A stretch of DNA of 64,000 nucleotides from Octopus sinensis. Its lineage: Eukaryota. The stretch is taken from the NCBI RefSeq assembly GCF_006345805.1, contig NC_043012.1:54622001-54686000 (forward strand), given 5' to 3'. How positions within the stretch are numbered: the first letter of the stretch is position 1; every line of letters starts with the position of its first letter. The translations under genes were made by a program, and so were the position numbers. The notes beneath the pieces are model-generated. The model worked only from the letters and a program-made list of their open reading frames with translations, was not told the origin of the DNA and did no database searches. Shown here in pieces: positions 10,703 through 22,668 of this stretch.

Positions 10703-13406
10703 TATATCAGACTGAATTCTTGCCAATGACAAAGTAGCAAGAGTGAGCTTTGCATTGCATAGAAATGTGTCTATTTCATTGGACTGCTGGCCTCAACCAT
10801 GTCATAAATACGTTCATCATTTTTACTTCCACCTTTCCATGCTGACATGGCTTAAACAGTTATTTTGGGGGCAGTGCTTTTGTGGCTAGTTATTACCTTT
10901 CTTAATACCAACCCTTGTAGTTGCTTCTTATGACATGCAGAATACACGTCACATGTCATGAGCAAAGACATGCAGAAAACAGCGTTGCCCTGGTCCCAGG
11001 TGAGATGCAATAAGCTCTACTGCATTGGTATGGCCCCAAATTCTCCAGGAAGATTATCTGTGACTAAAACTGCTCTCTGGCTGAACCAGGAATGCAAATA
11101 ACACAGTGGAAGACCAAAGAAGTGGTAACTGGACAGCTTAACCATCAATGTGTGCTCTGAAGAGGTCATGGCTGATGTAAAATGATGGAGGAAATGCAAA
11201 CAAGTTGACCCAGCACTGAAGTGGTGGATACACTATAGTAGTAGTAGTAGTAGTAATATGAAGGCATGCACTGTAATGTATCCACCATTTATTCGTTTGT
11301 GATTCCCTATTCTTGGTGGACGATGCTTTTTGCACTACGCAGGCGACAACCTTCCAACCCGTGGGTCCATTTGGGTATTCATTGCTGGTGAGAGTTTTAT
11401 GAGGTTGGTGCACAAATCCTACCTCAATCTCTTTTATGACAAACAGAGAAAATGTTGGGTCTATTCTTTGGTATGCCACACGGTCCCCACACGGCACTAG
11501 AGCAACATGAGAAATTAGGTGTTTTGCTCAAGAACCAATGCACCACCCTGTCCTGGAATCACACCTATGATCTGGCAATTGTAAGTGTAACACCCTAACC
11601 ACTAAGCCATATACCTTCATAGTAGAGTGTACAATATTATCTAATGTGTTTGTTCTCTTTATAAGACAAGATATGACTTGAGGTTGACCTGGTTGTTGGT
11701 ACTTTTAACATCAATGTTATTGTTTGGTTTTCATGCAAGCCATGTGTCTTAGTATTCTGCATAGTTCTTCTACTTTTTATACCTTAGTTCACCTAGCTAC
11801 CAGGAGTAGCTTCCAAAATATCTAGGATAGACTCACATTTTATCCAGATGGAAATTTGTTTCTTATCTGCCTGATATTATAAACTCCACTCTGAGTGTGT
11901 AGTGGGTGCTTTTTATGTGCCACTTGCACAGGAGCCAGTCAGGCAGCCATGACATCTATCACTATCCGAACGTGATCGATGCCAGGGTCGCCTGACTGGC
12001 TTCTGTGATGGTGGCACGTAAAAAGCACCCGCTACACTCTTGGAGTGGTTGGCATTAGGAAGGGCATCCAGCTGTAGAAACTCTGCCAGATGAGATTTGA
12101 GCCTGGTGCAGCCGCTGGCTTTCCAGACCTCAGGCAAACCATCCAACCCATGCCAGCATGGAAAACAGATGCTAAACGATGATGATAATGATGATGACGG
12201 TCAAGTTATGGTTCTCTTAAAAGCCCTTCAAACACTAGGAGATACTCAAATAACAAGTGTGACAAAATTTACTGTAGCCTCATCACCATCATCATCATAT
12301 AACATCCACTTTCCATGCTGGCATGGGTTAGACGGTTTGACATGAAGGTGGCTAGCAGGGAACTGTCTAGACTCCAGCTTTCTACAGCTGGATACCCTTC
12401 CTAACGCTAACCACTTAATAGTGTACTCGGTGCTTTTTACATGCTGCTGACATATTTTATTTTATTCTTGTTATATTCATTTTACCTACCAACACATAAA
12501 ATTATGTAAAGACAACACCATGTAAAACCTCTGTGTGGTTTGTTCATATGCTAGAAAGAGCAGACAAATCTTTCCCCCTACCACTACCATCTTAAAAAAG
12601 TAAAAGACATTGGATAATATAGTCCAAGATCCTCCTACAAAGACTGGACGGTCATGGCTTGTTCTCCTTTTTTCATAAGTCAGATCAGGGTTGACCTGGG
12701 GCTAAACAGCTACAGGTAAAAAGCTAATATGGTTCATGTTTTTGGCTGGGAAGGCTGAATCATTCAGTGTAGTGTAGATTGGCTATAATAAACACAAGGC
12801 TGATGTAGCTGTGTCAGCTTATAATCTCAGAATCAATATCTTCACTACTTTACTTTGACATCAAAGCACTGTATGCATATTCCAGAACATGTTGTTGTTA
12901 TTGTTGCTGATGCTGTTGCTGTTCAGTCTTGATCAAGCAGACCTATGATCAACAGTGTAAGGTTCATGACATCTCGACATTTTTCTATGTCAGGTACTAC
13001 TACAATATGCTGTTCCTTTTCCTTTTTGAAAACAGCAGGTTGTGATGGGAGAGAAAATTTGACTGCTATTTCTAGCAAGTCAAGTGACCACATAGAGGCA
13101 CCTTTCTTACCTCAGAGCCTGTTAGCATGTCAATCAGTTGAGATGAATGACATCCATCACTTGCAATGTTTTCTTTATATCTGGCATAATAAGAAAACAA
13201 ATAAGGTGGTGAGTTGGCTGCATTGTTAGGGCATTGGGTAAAATGCCTTTGGTATTTGTTCTGCATCTCTGAACTCCAAGTTCAAATGTCACCAAAGTCA
13301 TCTTTATGATTTTTCCTTTCAGGGGTCAATAAATAAAGCATCAGTTCAGTCCTGGGGTCAAATCTTCTTTGCCAAGGATCTGTTGGGCTTAAAAATGCCT
13401 GCAACA

Positions 13407-13795
13407 TAGGCGTAGGAGTGGCTGTGTGGTAAGTAGCTTGCTTATGAACAACATGGTTCCGGGTTCAGTCCCACTGCGTGGCACCTTGAGTAAGTGTCTT
13501 CTACTATAGCCTCAGGCCAACCAAAGCCTTGTGAGTGGATTTGGTAGACGGAAACTGAAAGAAGCCCGTCATATATATGTATATATATATATGTGTCTGT
13601 GTTTGTCCCCCCAACATCACTTGACAACCAACGCTGGTGTGTTTACGTCCCCGTAATTTAGTGGTTCGGCAAAAGAGACCGATAGAATAAGTACTAGGCT
13701 TACAAAGAATAAGTCCTGGGGTCGATTTGCTCGATTAAAGGCGGTGCTCCAGCATGGACGCAGTCAAATGGCTGAAACAAGTAAAAGAGTAAGAG
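13407..13795 (+). mobile_element. tRNA-derived SINE family A (representative full copy)
   Basis: Head ggagtggctgtgtggtaag..gggttcagtccc, internal (TA/GT)n, tail actgaaacaagtaaaagag. Other copies start near 6450(-), 14120(-), 18095, 22205, 23031, 23255(-), 25720, 29005, 30815, 32390(-), 36718, 38755, 40545, 40788, 48759, 49366, 49955, 51722, 63244. Confidence 0.85.
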
Positions 13796-14548
13796 TAACA
13801 TATATGTCAGGACAGTGGTCCTACAGCTTTATCAGAAGTTGAGAACCCACCACCACTATGACCATCATCATTTAATGTCCACTTTTTCCATGCTTGCATA
13901 GGTCTGATGGGATTTGTTGAGGCAGATTTTCTACAGCTGAATATATTTCCTGTCACCAGTCTTCACCTGTTTCTAAGCAAGGTAATATTTCCCTTTGGCC
14001 AGGCATGTTTTTTTAGTGACACAATGGAAATGGAGAACCTCACTTGTACAACAAGGATTCTCCTTTACAACCATCTCACAATGTCTTGTCAAGAGTACAC
14101 ACAAATACATATACAGCAGAATTCTTTCAGTTTCTAACAAATCCACTCACAAGGCTTTGGTCAGTCTACCAAAGATGCCATGCCATGAGATTGTACCTAC
14201 AACCACTTGGCTGGGAAGCAAGCTTCTCAGCCACACAATCACACTTGTGCCTGAAAAAAGATTAAAAAAGAAAACACTTAAAAACTCTAAACTAAAAACT
14301 GGTGGCCTTGAAAGAAGTTAACTGGCATTTTTCATTAATTTTTTATATTCCTAACATGAAGACAATGTCACAAATTGACCCCAGTACTTAACAGATGCTT
14401 GGGCCTGATGAAGCCTTCTGGCTTCACAGACCCCAGTAGAACCGTCCAACCCATGCTAGCATGGAAAACGGACGCTAAATGATGATGATGATGATGATGA
14501 TGATGATTATCAACCCCCAAAGAATGAAAAGAAAAGCTTGCTCTAGTG

Positions 14549-14916
14549 CAGGGATCAAGGAAATTTTTAATCAATTACCCCAAAATATATTTATTTATGC
14601 TGACATTACCCCTTTGATCTGAAATTAAGAAAACCATAGATTCTTTGAATTCAAAAGGTTTATTGAATATGTTTATATGGAGAATAGAATTATAAATATA
14701 AAACGTATAAAACAAATGGGATAAATATGGTATAACATCTCCTAACCATGTCCATTACATTGGACAAAGGCATTATTGCCAGAAGAAAACTTTCTGTCGT
14801 CACAAGGAACATATTTGTTTTATATAATTTTACTTATGTCTAATAAGTCCTCATTACCCACACAAATTTCATTTTTACCCCACTTGGGATAATTTACCCT
14901 GGTTCACTGACCCCTG
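14549..14916. mobile_element. hAT-like non-autonomous element
   Basis: Termini CAGGGATCA...TGACCCCTG with an imperfect 8-bp TSD ctctagtg/ctctgatg. Confidence 0.55.
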
Positions 14917-16322
14917 CTCTGATGGTATTTGAAGTCAGAACAAAGATGCATTGCTAAATACCATATGGTATTATAGCCACTGTTCTACCAATCCTGACAA
15001 TCCACAATCCACAATACCCAGTCTTCAGTGAAATAACATTGCTAATGATATATTTCTGATCATAATTATCATTGGATATGTTATTTAATCTCCTTCAACT
15101 GGTTGAGTCGTAGGGAAACTCTCATATTAAACACTGTATCTTGAGTATTTTAACCCTTTATTGTTTAAACTGCCCATATTCAGGTCAAATATTCTACTTG
15201 GCCGTGCCCAGCCTCTCACATCTACCTTACAATCATCATCATCATTATTTAACATCCGCCTTCCATACTAGCATGGGTTGGACAGTTTGACAGGAGCTAG
15301 CCAGGTCAAAGACTACACTAGGTTTCTGTGTCTGTTTTGACATGGTTTTTAGAGCTGGATGCCCTTCCTAACACCAACCACCTTGAATCAGTGGCACCAG
15401 CACAAGCAAGGTTAGTTTTGGCATGGTTTTTACAGCCAGATGACCTTCTAAATGCCAACCACCTTACACTGTGGACTGGATGCTTTTTATGTGGCACCAG
15501 CATTGTAAAAATAAACAATCATTTCAATGAAATCTCTGAAGCTATGAGAGAATTCATGATTAATTCAAAACAATGTGAATAAATAAGCATTCCATTTCAC
15601 AGAGTAACCCAATTGCTAAATGGTCAAATATGGCAGAAGTCATCCCTTGCCATGTCTGAGCAGTAAGAGAAGAAGAATCAAACCTTGTACTGGACTGGTA
15701 TTTTATTTATGAACTCTAAAAGAGTGAAAGACAAAGTTGGCATCAGCAGGATTTGAACACAGAATAACGAAACAAATACTGTAAAGCTTTCTATTCAATG
15801 CTCTAACAATGCTGCCATCTCAGTATTTGATCACCAACACATGGATCATGAACCCACATGTGTGTATGGATAAGGGCAGCTGCATAAAGAAGTGCTAAGC
15901 TCTAAATGTGGAGGGTACCTGTGGAAGGGGTAGAGCCAGGAATACGTGAGACAAAGTGGTGAGAAAGGATCTTCAAATGCTGGACCTCACTGAGGAAATG
16001 ACAAGAGACCGAGAGATGTGGCAATTTGCTGCACTTGATAAGACATGTCTAGCTAAATAAAAACGCTGCCTTACACTTATACAGGCTTGTCTTTCAGGTG
16101 CCAGTGCTACTTAAAAAGCACCCATGCTGGTGCACCATAAATACACTCATGCTGGTAGCACATAAAAGGCACCCAGCATACTCTGTTAAGTGGCTGGCAT
16201 TAGGAAGAGCATCCAGCCATAGAAAGCCTGAGTCTGGGCAGCTCCGTGTCAAACTGTGTAACCCATGCCGGCATGGAGAGCGGGCATTAAATGATGATGA
16301 TGATGAGTGTTTCTGAGCAAAA

Positions 16323-16930
16323 CATTTATAATAATAATGAAATTATTGTATACAGTGCTCAGGTGCACCACAACTTGTCGAAAGTGCATATAAAGCATAT
16401 GCAGTAATGTACAAATGTCTCGGAAGCGAACAGTGTATGAGTCAGATACATGCTTGCGTGTGTATGGAGGGGAGAAAATCAGGTGTAGTGTTGGCAAATC
16501 TCAGGAAGCATGGAAGTTTTGAAGGATGCAGTGCTCCGACAACTAACAACTGATGCCAGCAGTTTGTTCCATGCTTCAGCAACTTAGCTTGAAAAAATGT
16601 TTCCGAAAGTCATGGGAGCTGTGCTGTTTTCTGACTTTGTAAACATGTCCACGGGTGTTAGACAGGTGGAGTTTGAAAAGGTGCTCAGAGTTATTGTTAG
16701 TAAGATAGATGGTTAATAATTTTATGGGTGTCTGCCAAGCCAGCTGCCAGACGTTGGAGTTTCAATGTATCCATGCCCAGGGAAATAAGGCGTTCAGAAT
16801 ATAGCAAATGCCTGATGGAGGGTATTCTCTTGGTTGCACATCGCTGAACGGTTTCCAAATGATTAATATCCTGGGAAAGATAGGGGTTCCAGATCGATGA
16901 TGTAAATTCCAGGTGAGGCTGCACCATAGC
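16323..16930 (-). mobile_element. CR1/L2-clade LINE 3' fragment
   Basis: ORF 16697-16927 VQPHLEFTSSIWNPYLSQDINHLETVQRCATKRIP is a CR1/L2 RT C-terminus, followed by 3'UTR. Confidence 0.85.
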
Positions 16931-18648
16931 TATATAAAGTCTTTTATTTCACATTTGCTTATCTGTGCCATTTTGCCATGTAAAAAGTGGATGTGCAGGT
17001 GCCACTTAAAAAGCACCCTTGCTAGTACCGTTTAAAAAGCAACTCTGCTGGTGCCGTGTAAAAAGCACCCGTGCTGATGCCATATATAAAGCACCCATGC
17101 CTTATACCACATATAAAGTACAGATGCTGGTGCCATCTAAAAAGCACCCAGTACACTCTGTAAAGTAGTTGGCATTAGGAAGAGCCTCCAACTGTAGAAA
17201 CCATGCCAAAACAGACAATTGGAGTCTGGCACAGCTTGCCAGCTCCCGTCAAACTCTCCTAGCCATTGCCAGCATGGAAAACAAATTTTATATTTTTTTT
17301 GTAATGACACTCATCAGGAGGAAGATGCAATGGCTATCGCGTTTGCAGGCTTTTGAAGACTGCTGAGATTGATTTGGTAATGTTCAGCTTTAACTTCTCA
17401 ATGTGAATGTCTGTGGGTAGAAAGAATATCAGAAGTGAAGAAAGAAAAGAATTCCTGAGGAGGAAGGCTTGAAAACAGAGGGTGGTGGTGTTAATAGGCA
17501 GTGTTGTCTTAAGGCATGGGTTCACTGGGTGCTTCACTGGTTTTGGGGTCCAATTCAAATCTACCTATGCTGTGACTTGCAGTCAATAAATAAATACCAT
17601 AGAACCAATGGAACTGATTTACCCAGGGGTCAATAATACTGTTAAGACAACCCTCGTAGTGATGGGAATGTTACCTAACTATCTGGGAAGTGGTTCTCTA
17701 TCAATTTGTTTTTTATAGTGTACAAGAGATTTAAAAGTCAATTACTAGTGCATTTTGCATGGAACATCAAAAGTTATTGGCACACTTTGCATGAAAAGTT
17801 TAAAATTACAGCACACTTACCATGAAAAATTTTTAAATTACTGCACACTTTGCAAAGATCCAACATATTCTCTTACAGCTGTTTCAATTAAGCCTAAAGA
17901 TTAACTAAATCATTATATTAAGCAAAATCTCATCTGAAGGGCAGAAAAAAGATATTCCATTAGGCTATTAGGTGTTATGTTTTCAATATAAACTATGATT
18001 TATATATAGACCTATTATTATTATTCACAATATTAGGTAATGAACCATTAATGAGGCTAATTTAACTTCTAATTGATTGAGTATATATATGTAGGTACAA
18101 GCGTAGCTGTGTAGTAAGAAACTTGCTTCCAACCACATGATTCCGGGTTCATTCCCACTGCACAGCACCTTGGGCAGATGTCTTCTACTGTAGTCTCAGG
18201 CTGATCAAAGCCTTGTGATTGGATTTGGTAGATGAACTGAGAGAAGCCCATTGTGTGTGTATGTATGTATATATACACACACACACATGTGTACATATCT
18301 ATGTGTCTGTCTTTGTCCCCACTCCATTGCTTGTCAACTGATATTGGTGTGTTTACGTCCTTGTAACTTAGTTCGGCAACAGAGCCTGATAGAATAGGTG
18401 CAAGGCTTACAAAGAATAAGTCCTGGGGTCAATTTCTTCAACAAAAAGGTGGTGCTCCAGCATGGCTGTAATCAAATGATTGAAAGAAGTAAAAGAATAT
18501 ACCAAAACAAAGAGTTACTAATGAGGGATTACTTCATAAGCTCTCTCTTTTAACACACCAGGCTCAGAAACAGCTGTAAGTCAAATTTTACTACAATAAA
18601 GAAATATGTAATGACCATAATTTATGCCTTGTCTTTATATATATATAT

Positions 18649-19035
18649 ACTAGCAGTATCGCCCGGCGTTGCTCAGGTTTGTAAGGGAAATAACTATATA
18701 AGCATTTTTAGAGATGTAAAGTATAATAGCCATCTCAATATGGCTAACCACAAAGGGGGGTGTTACTGTAGCTTTTTACGTTCTGAGATTTAATAATACA
18801 TTTTTAGAGAGTTACTTCCTTTATATAATAGCGAAAAAATGCATTAAAAATGATGGTAATTTTTTTTTTAAATCGTAGACTCATCGTAGACGCACGCTAA
18901 TACCCAGAAGGGCTCGATATGAATCACGACTATAAGATACCCGCTTTTGGTTACACTGCACCGCAAAATGTGGGAGTAGTTAGGAATCTAAATCGTAGGA
19001 GACAGACACACAACTTCACTTTTATATATAAAGAT
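18649..19035. mobile_element. Helentron-associated (HINE-like) non-autonomous element
   Basis: Begins ACTAGCAGTATCGCCCGGCGTTGCTC and ends cacacaacttcacttttatatataaagat, the architecture typical of HINE/DINE-like elements. A possible relative lies at about 23605-23815. Confidence 0.55.
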
Positions 19036-19125
19036 GTATATATATATATATATTGTCCAACCCATGCTAGCATGGAAAACGGACGCTAAACGATGATGAT
19101 GATGATGATGATGATGATGATATAT

Positions 19126-19323
19126 AAGGGGGTACTGAAAAGTTCCTGGCTTTGATAAAAGAAAATACAGGAGGATCCTGTATATTCCCCTCTCAGAATC
19201 ACACACACTTATTGCAGCTGTCCTTCAGATTTTCTAAGCCCTGTAAAAGAACTTGGGAGGTTCGGCCCCCAAGCAAACCTTTCATGATGCCCTTAAAACC
19301 AGGGACTTTTCAGTACACCTCAT
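19126..19323. mobile_element. Mariner-type MITE
   Basis: Inverted ends gggggtactgaaaagttcctggcttt / aaaccagggacttttcagtacacctc. Confidence 0.7.
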
Positions 19324-20117
19324 ATGTGTGTGTGTTTGTATGTCCCCTTGTCTTGACATCATGTGATGGTTGTTAACAAGTGTCACCATCGTACAAGCAG
19401 TATTTTTTGTTTCCAGTCTTCCATGTAAAAATGTATCTGACTGTGGGAAAATAATACTTTGCTTGGAAATAAATGAGGGTTAGCAACAAGTGGGTCATCC
19501 AGGTGTAGAAAAGCCTGTCATGAATTCTGTCCTGTCCATGCAAGCATAGAAAAGCAATCATTAAAACAATAATTACGTGTGTGTGTTGGTTGATGCCAGG
19601 TCTGCCTGACAAGCTCCCATGCTGGTGGTACGTAGAAAACACCATCCGAACATAGCTGATGCGAGTAATCCCAGACTGGCTCCCGTGCTGGTGGCACGTA
19701 AAAAGCACCTTCCAAATGTGGCCAATGCCAGTACCCCTTGACTGGCTCCTGTGCCAGTGGCACATAAAAAGCATCATCCGAACATGGCCGATGTCAGTAT
19801 TCCTTGGCTGGCCCCCATGCTCATGGCACATAAAAAGCACTATCTGAACATGATCGATGCCATGTCCGCCTGACAGGCTCCTGTGCTGGTGGCACATAAA
19901 AATCACCCACTACACTCTCGGAGTGGTTGGCGTTAAGAAGTGCATCCAGCTATAGAAACATTGACAGATCAGATTGGCACCTGGTGCAGCTGTTTGCTCT
20001 CCAGACCTCAGACAAACTGTCCAACTCATGCCAGCATGGGAAATGGATGCTAAACGATGATGATATATGTCAATTTAAATGCACAAATGAAAGAGCTACT
20101 AATAATTTCATTATGTG

Positions 20118-20160
<43 letters not shown>

Positions 20161-20289
20161 AATAAATAGATGGAGTTAGACGCAGGTGTTATTCAAATTC
20201 TTTTACTTCTGACACGTTATATAATAGCATTCAGTTAATCACTATTCATATCCATCATTTTCTGTTAAAATGTCTTATTGATTTTTTCA

Positions 20290-20376
20290 TTTTCCTGAAG
20301 AGAAGATTACATTGTTTTATACCATTTTATGCCTTTGGAATAATACCAGTGATATCTTCGAAACATATGTGGGAAG
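20290..20376 (+). ncRNA. Type-I hammerhead ribozyme motif (Penelope-like) with N17=G
   Basis: TTTTC-CTGAAGA-GAAGAT..ATCTTC-GAAA, palindromic stem III ACATATGT, G17, GGAAG. Lies within the inverted repeat 20158-20214/20368-20426. Confidence 0.75.
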
Positions 20377-20647
20377 TAAAAGAACTTGAATAACACCTGC
20401 GTTTAACTCCATTTATTTATTTATATATATATATTATACGAAATATTTCATGTAAAACCGAAGTTTCTACCTTTTTACTTGTGTGATTCTTTTTGCGATC
20501 CTGGTAAACTATTTATATACTTTTTCTGTGTTAATTGTTAACAAGGGAAAAATATACATATCTATCTATATATAATGTGACTGTGTGTGTACCGTTGGCG
20601 ATTTTTTTTCCTCCGTCTTCCCTTCTCTGGATCTTTCCTTTTCCTAT

Positions 20648-20682
20648 GTTTCTGATGAAGAGCTCCACTCAAAACGTAAAAC
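20648..20682 (+). ncRNA. Minimal type-I hammerhead motif (G12>A)
   Basis: GTTT-CTGATGA-A-GAG ctcca CTC-AAAA-CGTA-AAAC. Stems I and II pair, stem III is the palindrome ACGT, and the cleavage triplet is GUA. Confidence 0.75.
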
Positions 20683-20984
20683 CCTCCTTCTTCCCTTCCT
20701 TCCTGAGCGTCCAATAATACAATATTTGTTCCACGTCCTTGCGTTGTTGTGTTTTCATGTTTGGATTAACTATATATATATATATATATAATGCATAAAC
20801 AGAGCCTGAAAGATTTTTTGAAGGTACATGGAGTATTTTATAAATATGCCTGTTCAAGTGTCATAGAACCATGAAAAGATTAGTAACTTTTTCAGTTCCG
20901 TATTTAAATTACTATTTACTCCTCACTGGATAGAATACATTTTGTATTGATTCTTTAAATTATGTCTATACATATATAGAAACC

Positions 20985-21495
20985 GTTCAGCAACATGCAA
21001 CCAAGAGAATCCCCTCCATCAGGCATTTGCCATATTCTGAATGCCTTACTTCCCTTGGTATGGATTCATTGAAACTCCGACGTCTGGTAGCTGACTTGGC
21101 AGACACCCATAAAATTTATTAACCATCTATCTTACTAACAATAACTCTGAGCACCTTTTCAAACTCCACCTGTCTAACACCCGTGGACATGTTTAAAAAA
21201 GTCAGAAAACAGCACAGCTCCCATGACTTTCAGAAACATTTTTTCATGCTAAGAGTTGCTGAAGTATGGAACAAACTGCTAGCATCAGTTGTTAGTTGTC
21301 AGAGCACTGCATCCTTCAAAACTTCCATGCTTCCTGAGATTCGCCAACACTACACCTGATTTTCTTCCCTCCATACACACGCAAGCATGTATCTGACTCA
21401 TGCACTGTTCACTTCCCAGACATTTGTACATTACTGCATATGCTTTATATGCACTTTTTGTGGTGCATCTGAGCACTGTATACAATAATTTCATC
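20985..21495 (+). mobile_element. CR1/L2-clade LINE 3' fragment (second copy, opposite orientation)
   Basis: Reverse-complement match to 16323-16870 (gaaaccgttcagc...catcattattatta). Confidence 0.85.
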
Positions 21496-21764
21496 ATTAT
21501 TATTATATACATATATCATCATCATCATCATCATCATTTAGCGTCCGTTTTCCATGCTAGCATGGGTTGGACGGTTCAACTGGGGTCTGTGAAGCCGGAA
21601 GGCTGCATCAGGCCCAGTCAGATCTGGCAGTGTTTCTATGGCTGGATGCCCTATATATCACATGACTGACCAGGCTATCAGATGTTGCTACACATCGCTA
21701 GTCACAATGCGCTTCACATTGTTTTTGCCTTCAAATGACGCCACCTCACTGGCTAAGCAAGCAG

Positions 21765-21820
<56 letters not shown>

Positions 21821-22647
21821 TACATACATATACATACACATACACACATATAAGTAAAGGTTATTTGCCAATGGAATATGGCTTCCCTGAAAGGGACGAT
21901 TGTTACTGTTGTTTAGCCCTAGGAAACATCGTTTCCAGTTGGCTATACGACACAATATCTGTGTTCTTATATTTTCAAAAACACCCCCATCCAGCACAAA
22001 GCAACATCTGTGGACCGGCTTCTTTGTACTGGATGGAGGTGCTGGACTCCCTTTCCAAAAACATAAGGGCACAGTTATTGTGTCGTATAACCAGCTGGAA
22101 ATGATGTTTCCTGAGGCTAATCAACAGTAACAACCGTCCTTTCCAGGACTGCCACATTATGCTGGCAAATAGTCTTTACTTTAAAGAACTTGCCCAAGGT
22201 CCCATTGTGTGGCACCTTGGGCAAGTGTTTTCTACTATAGCCTCGGGCCGACCAAAGCCTTGTGAGTGGATTTGGTAGACAGAAACTGAAAGAAGCCCAT
22301 CGTATATATGTATATATATATGCATGTGTGCGTTTGTCCCCCTAGCATTGCTTGACAACTGATGCTGGTGTGTTTACGTCCCTGTTACTTAGCGGTTCAG
22401 CAAAAAGAGACCGATAGAATAAGTACTGGGCTTACAAAAGAATAAGTCCCGGGGTCGAGTTGCTCGATTAAAGGCGGTGCTCCAGCATGGCCGCAGTCAA
22501 ATGACTGAAACAAGTAAAAGAGTAAAGAGTAACTGCTAATGAATATCTGTCTTTGAGAGATTTAGAAATAAAAATGTTTCTATTTATATATACTTAAATT
22601 TTCTTCCTTCTTTTTTTCAATCAGCCCCATCAAGCACTGAATTCGAG

Positions 22648-22668
22648 ATGTCAATGGATATGGCAAAT
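22648..22668 (+). CDS. Possible initiating coding exon of the CCP gene (MSMDMAN)
   Basis: Strong acceptor ttttcttccttctttttttcaatcag|22625. ATG at 22648 and a weak donor AAT|gtatcc give a phase-0 join to 28803. No homology support. Confidence 0.3.
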
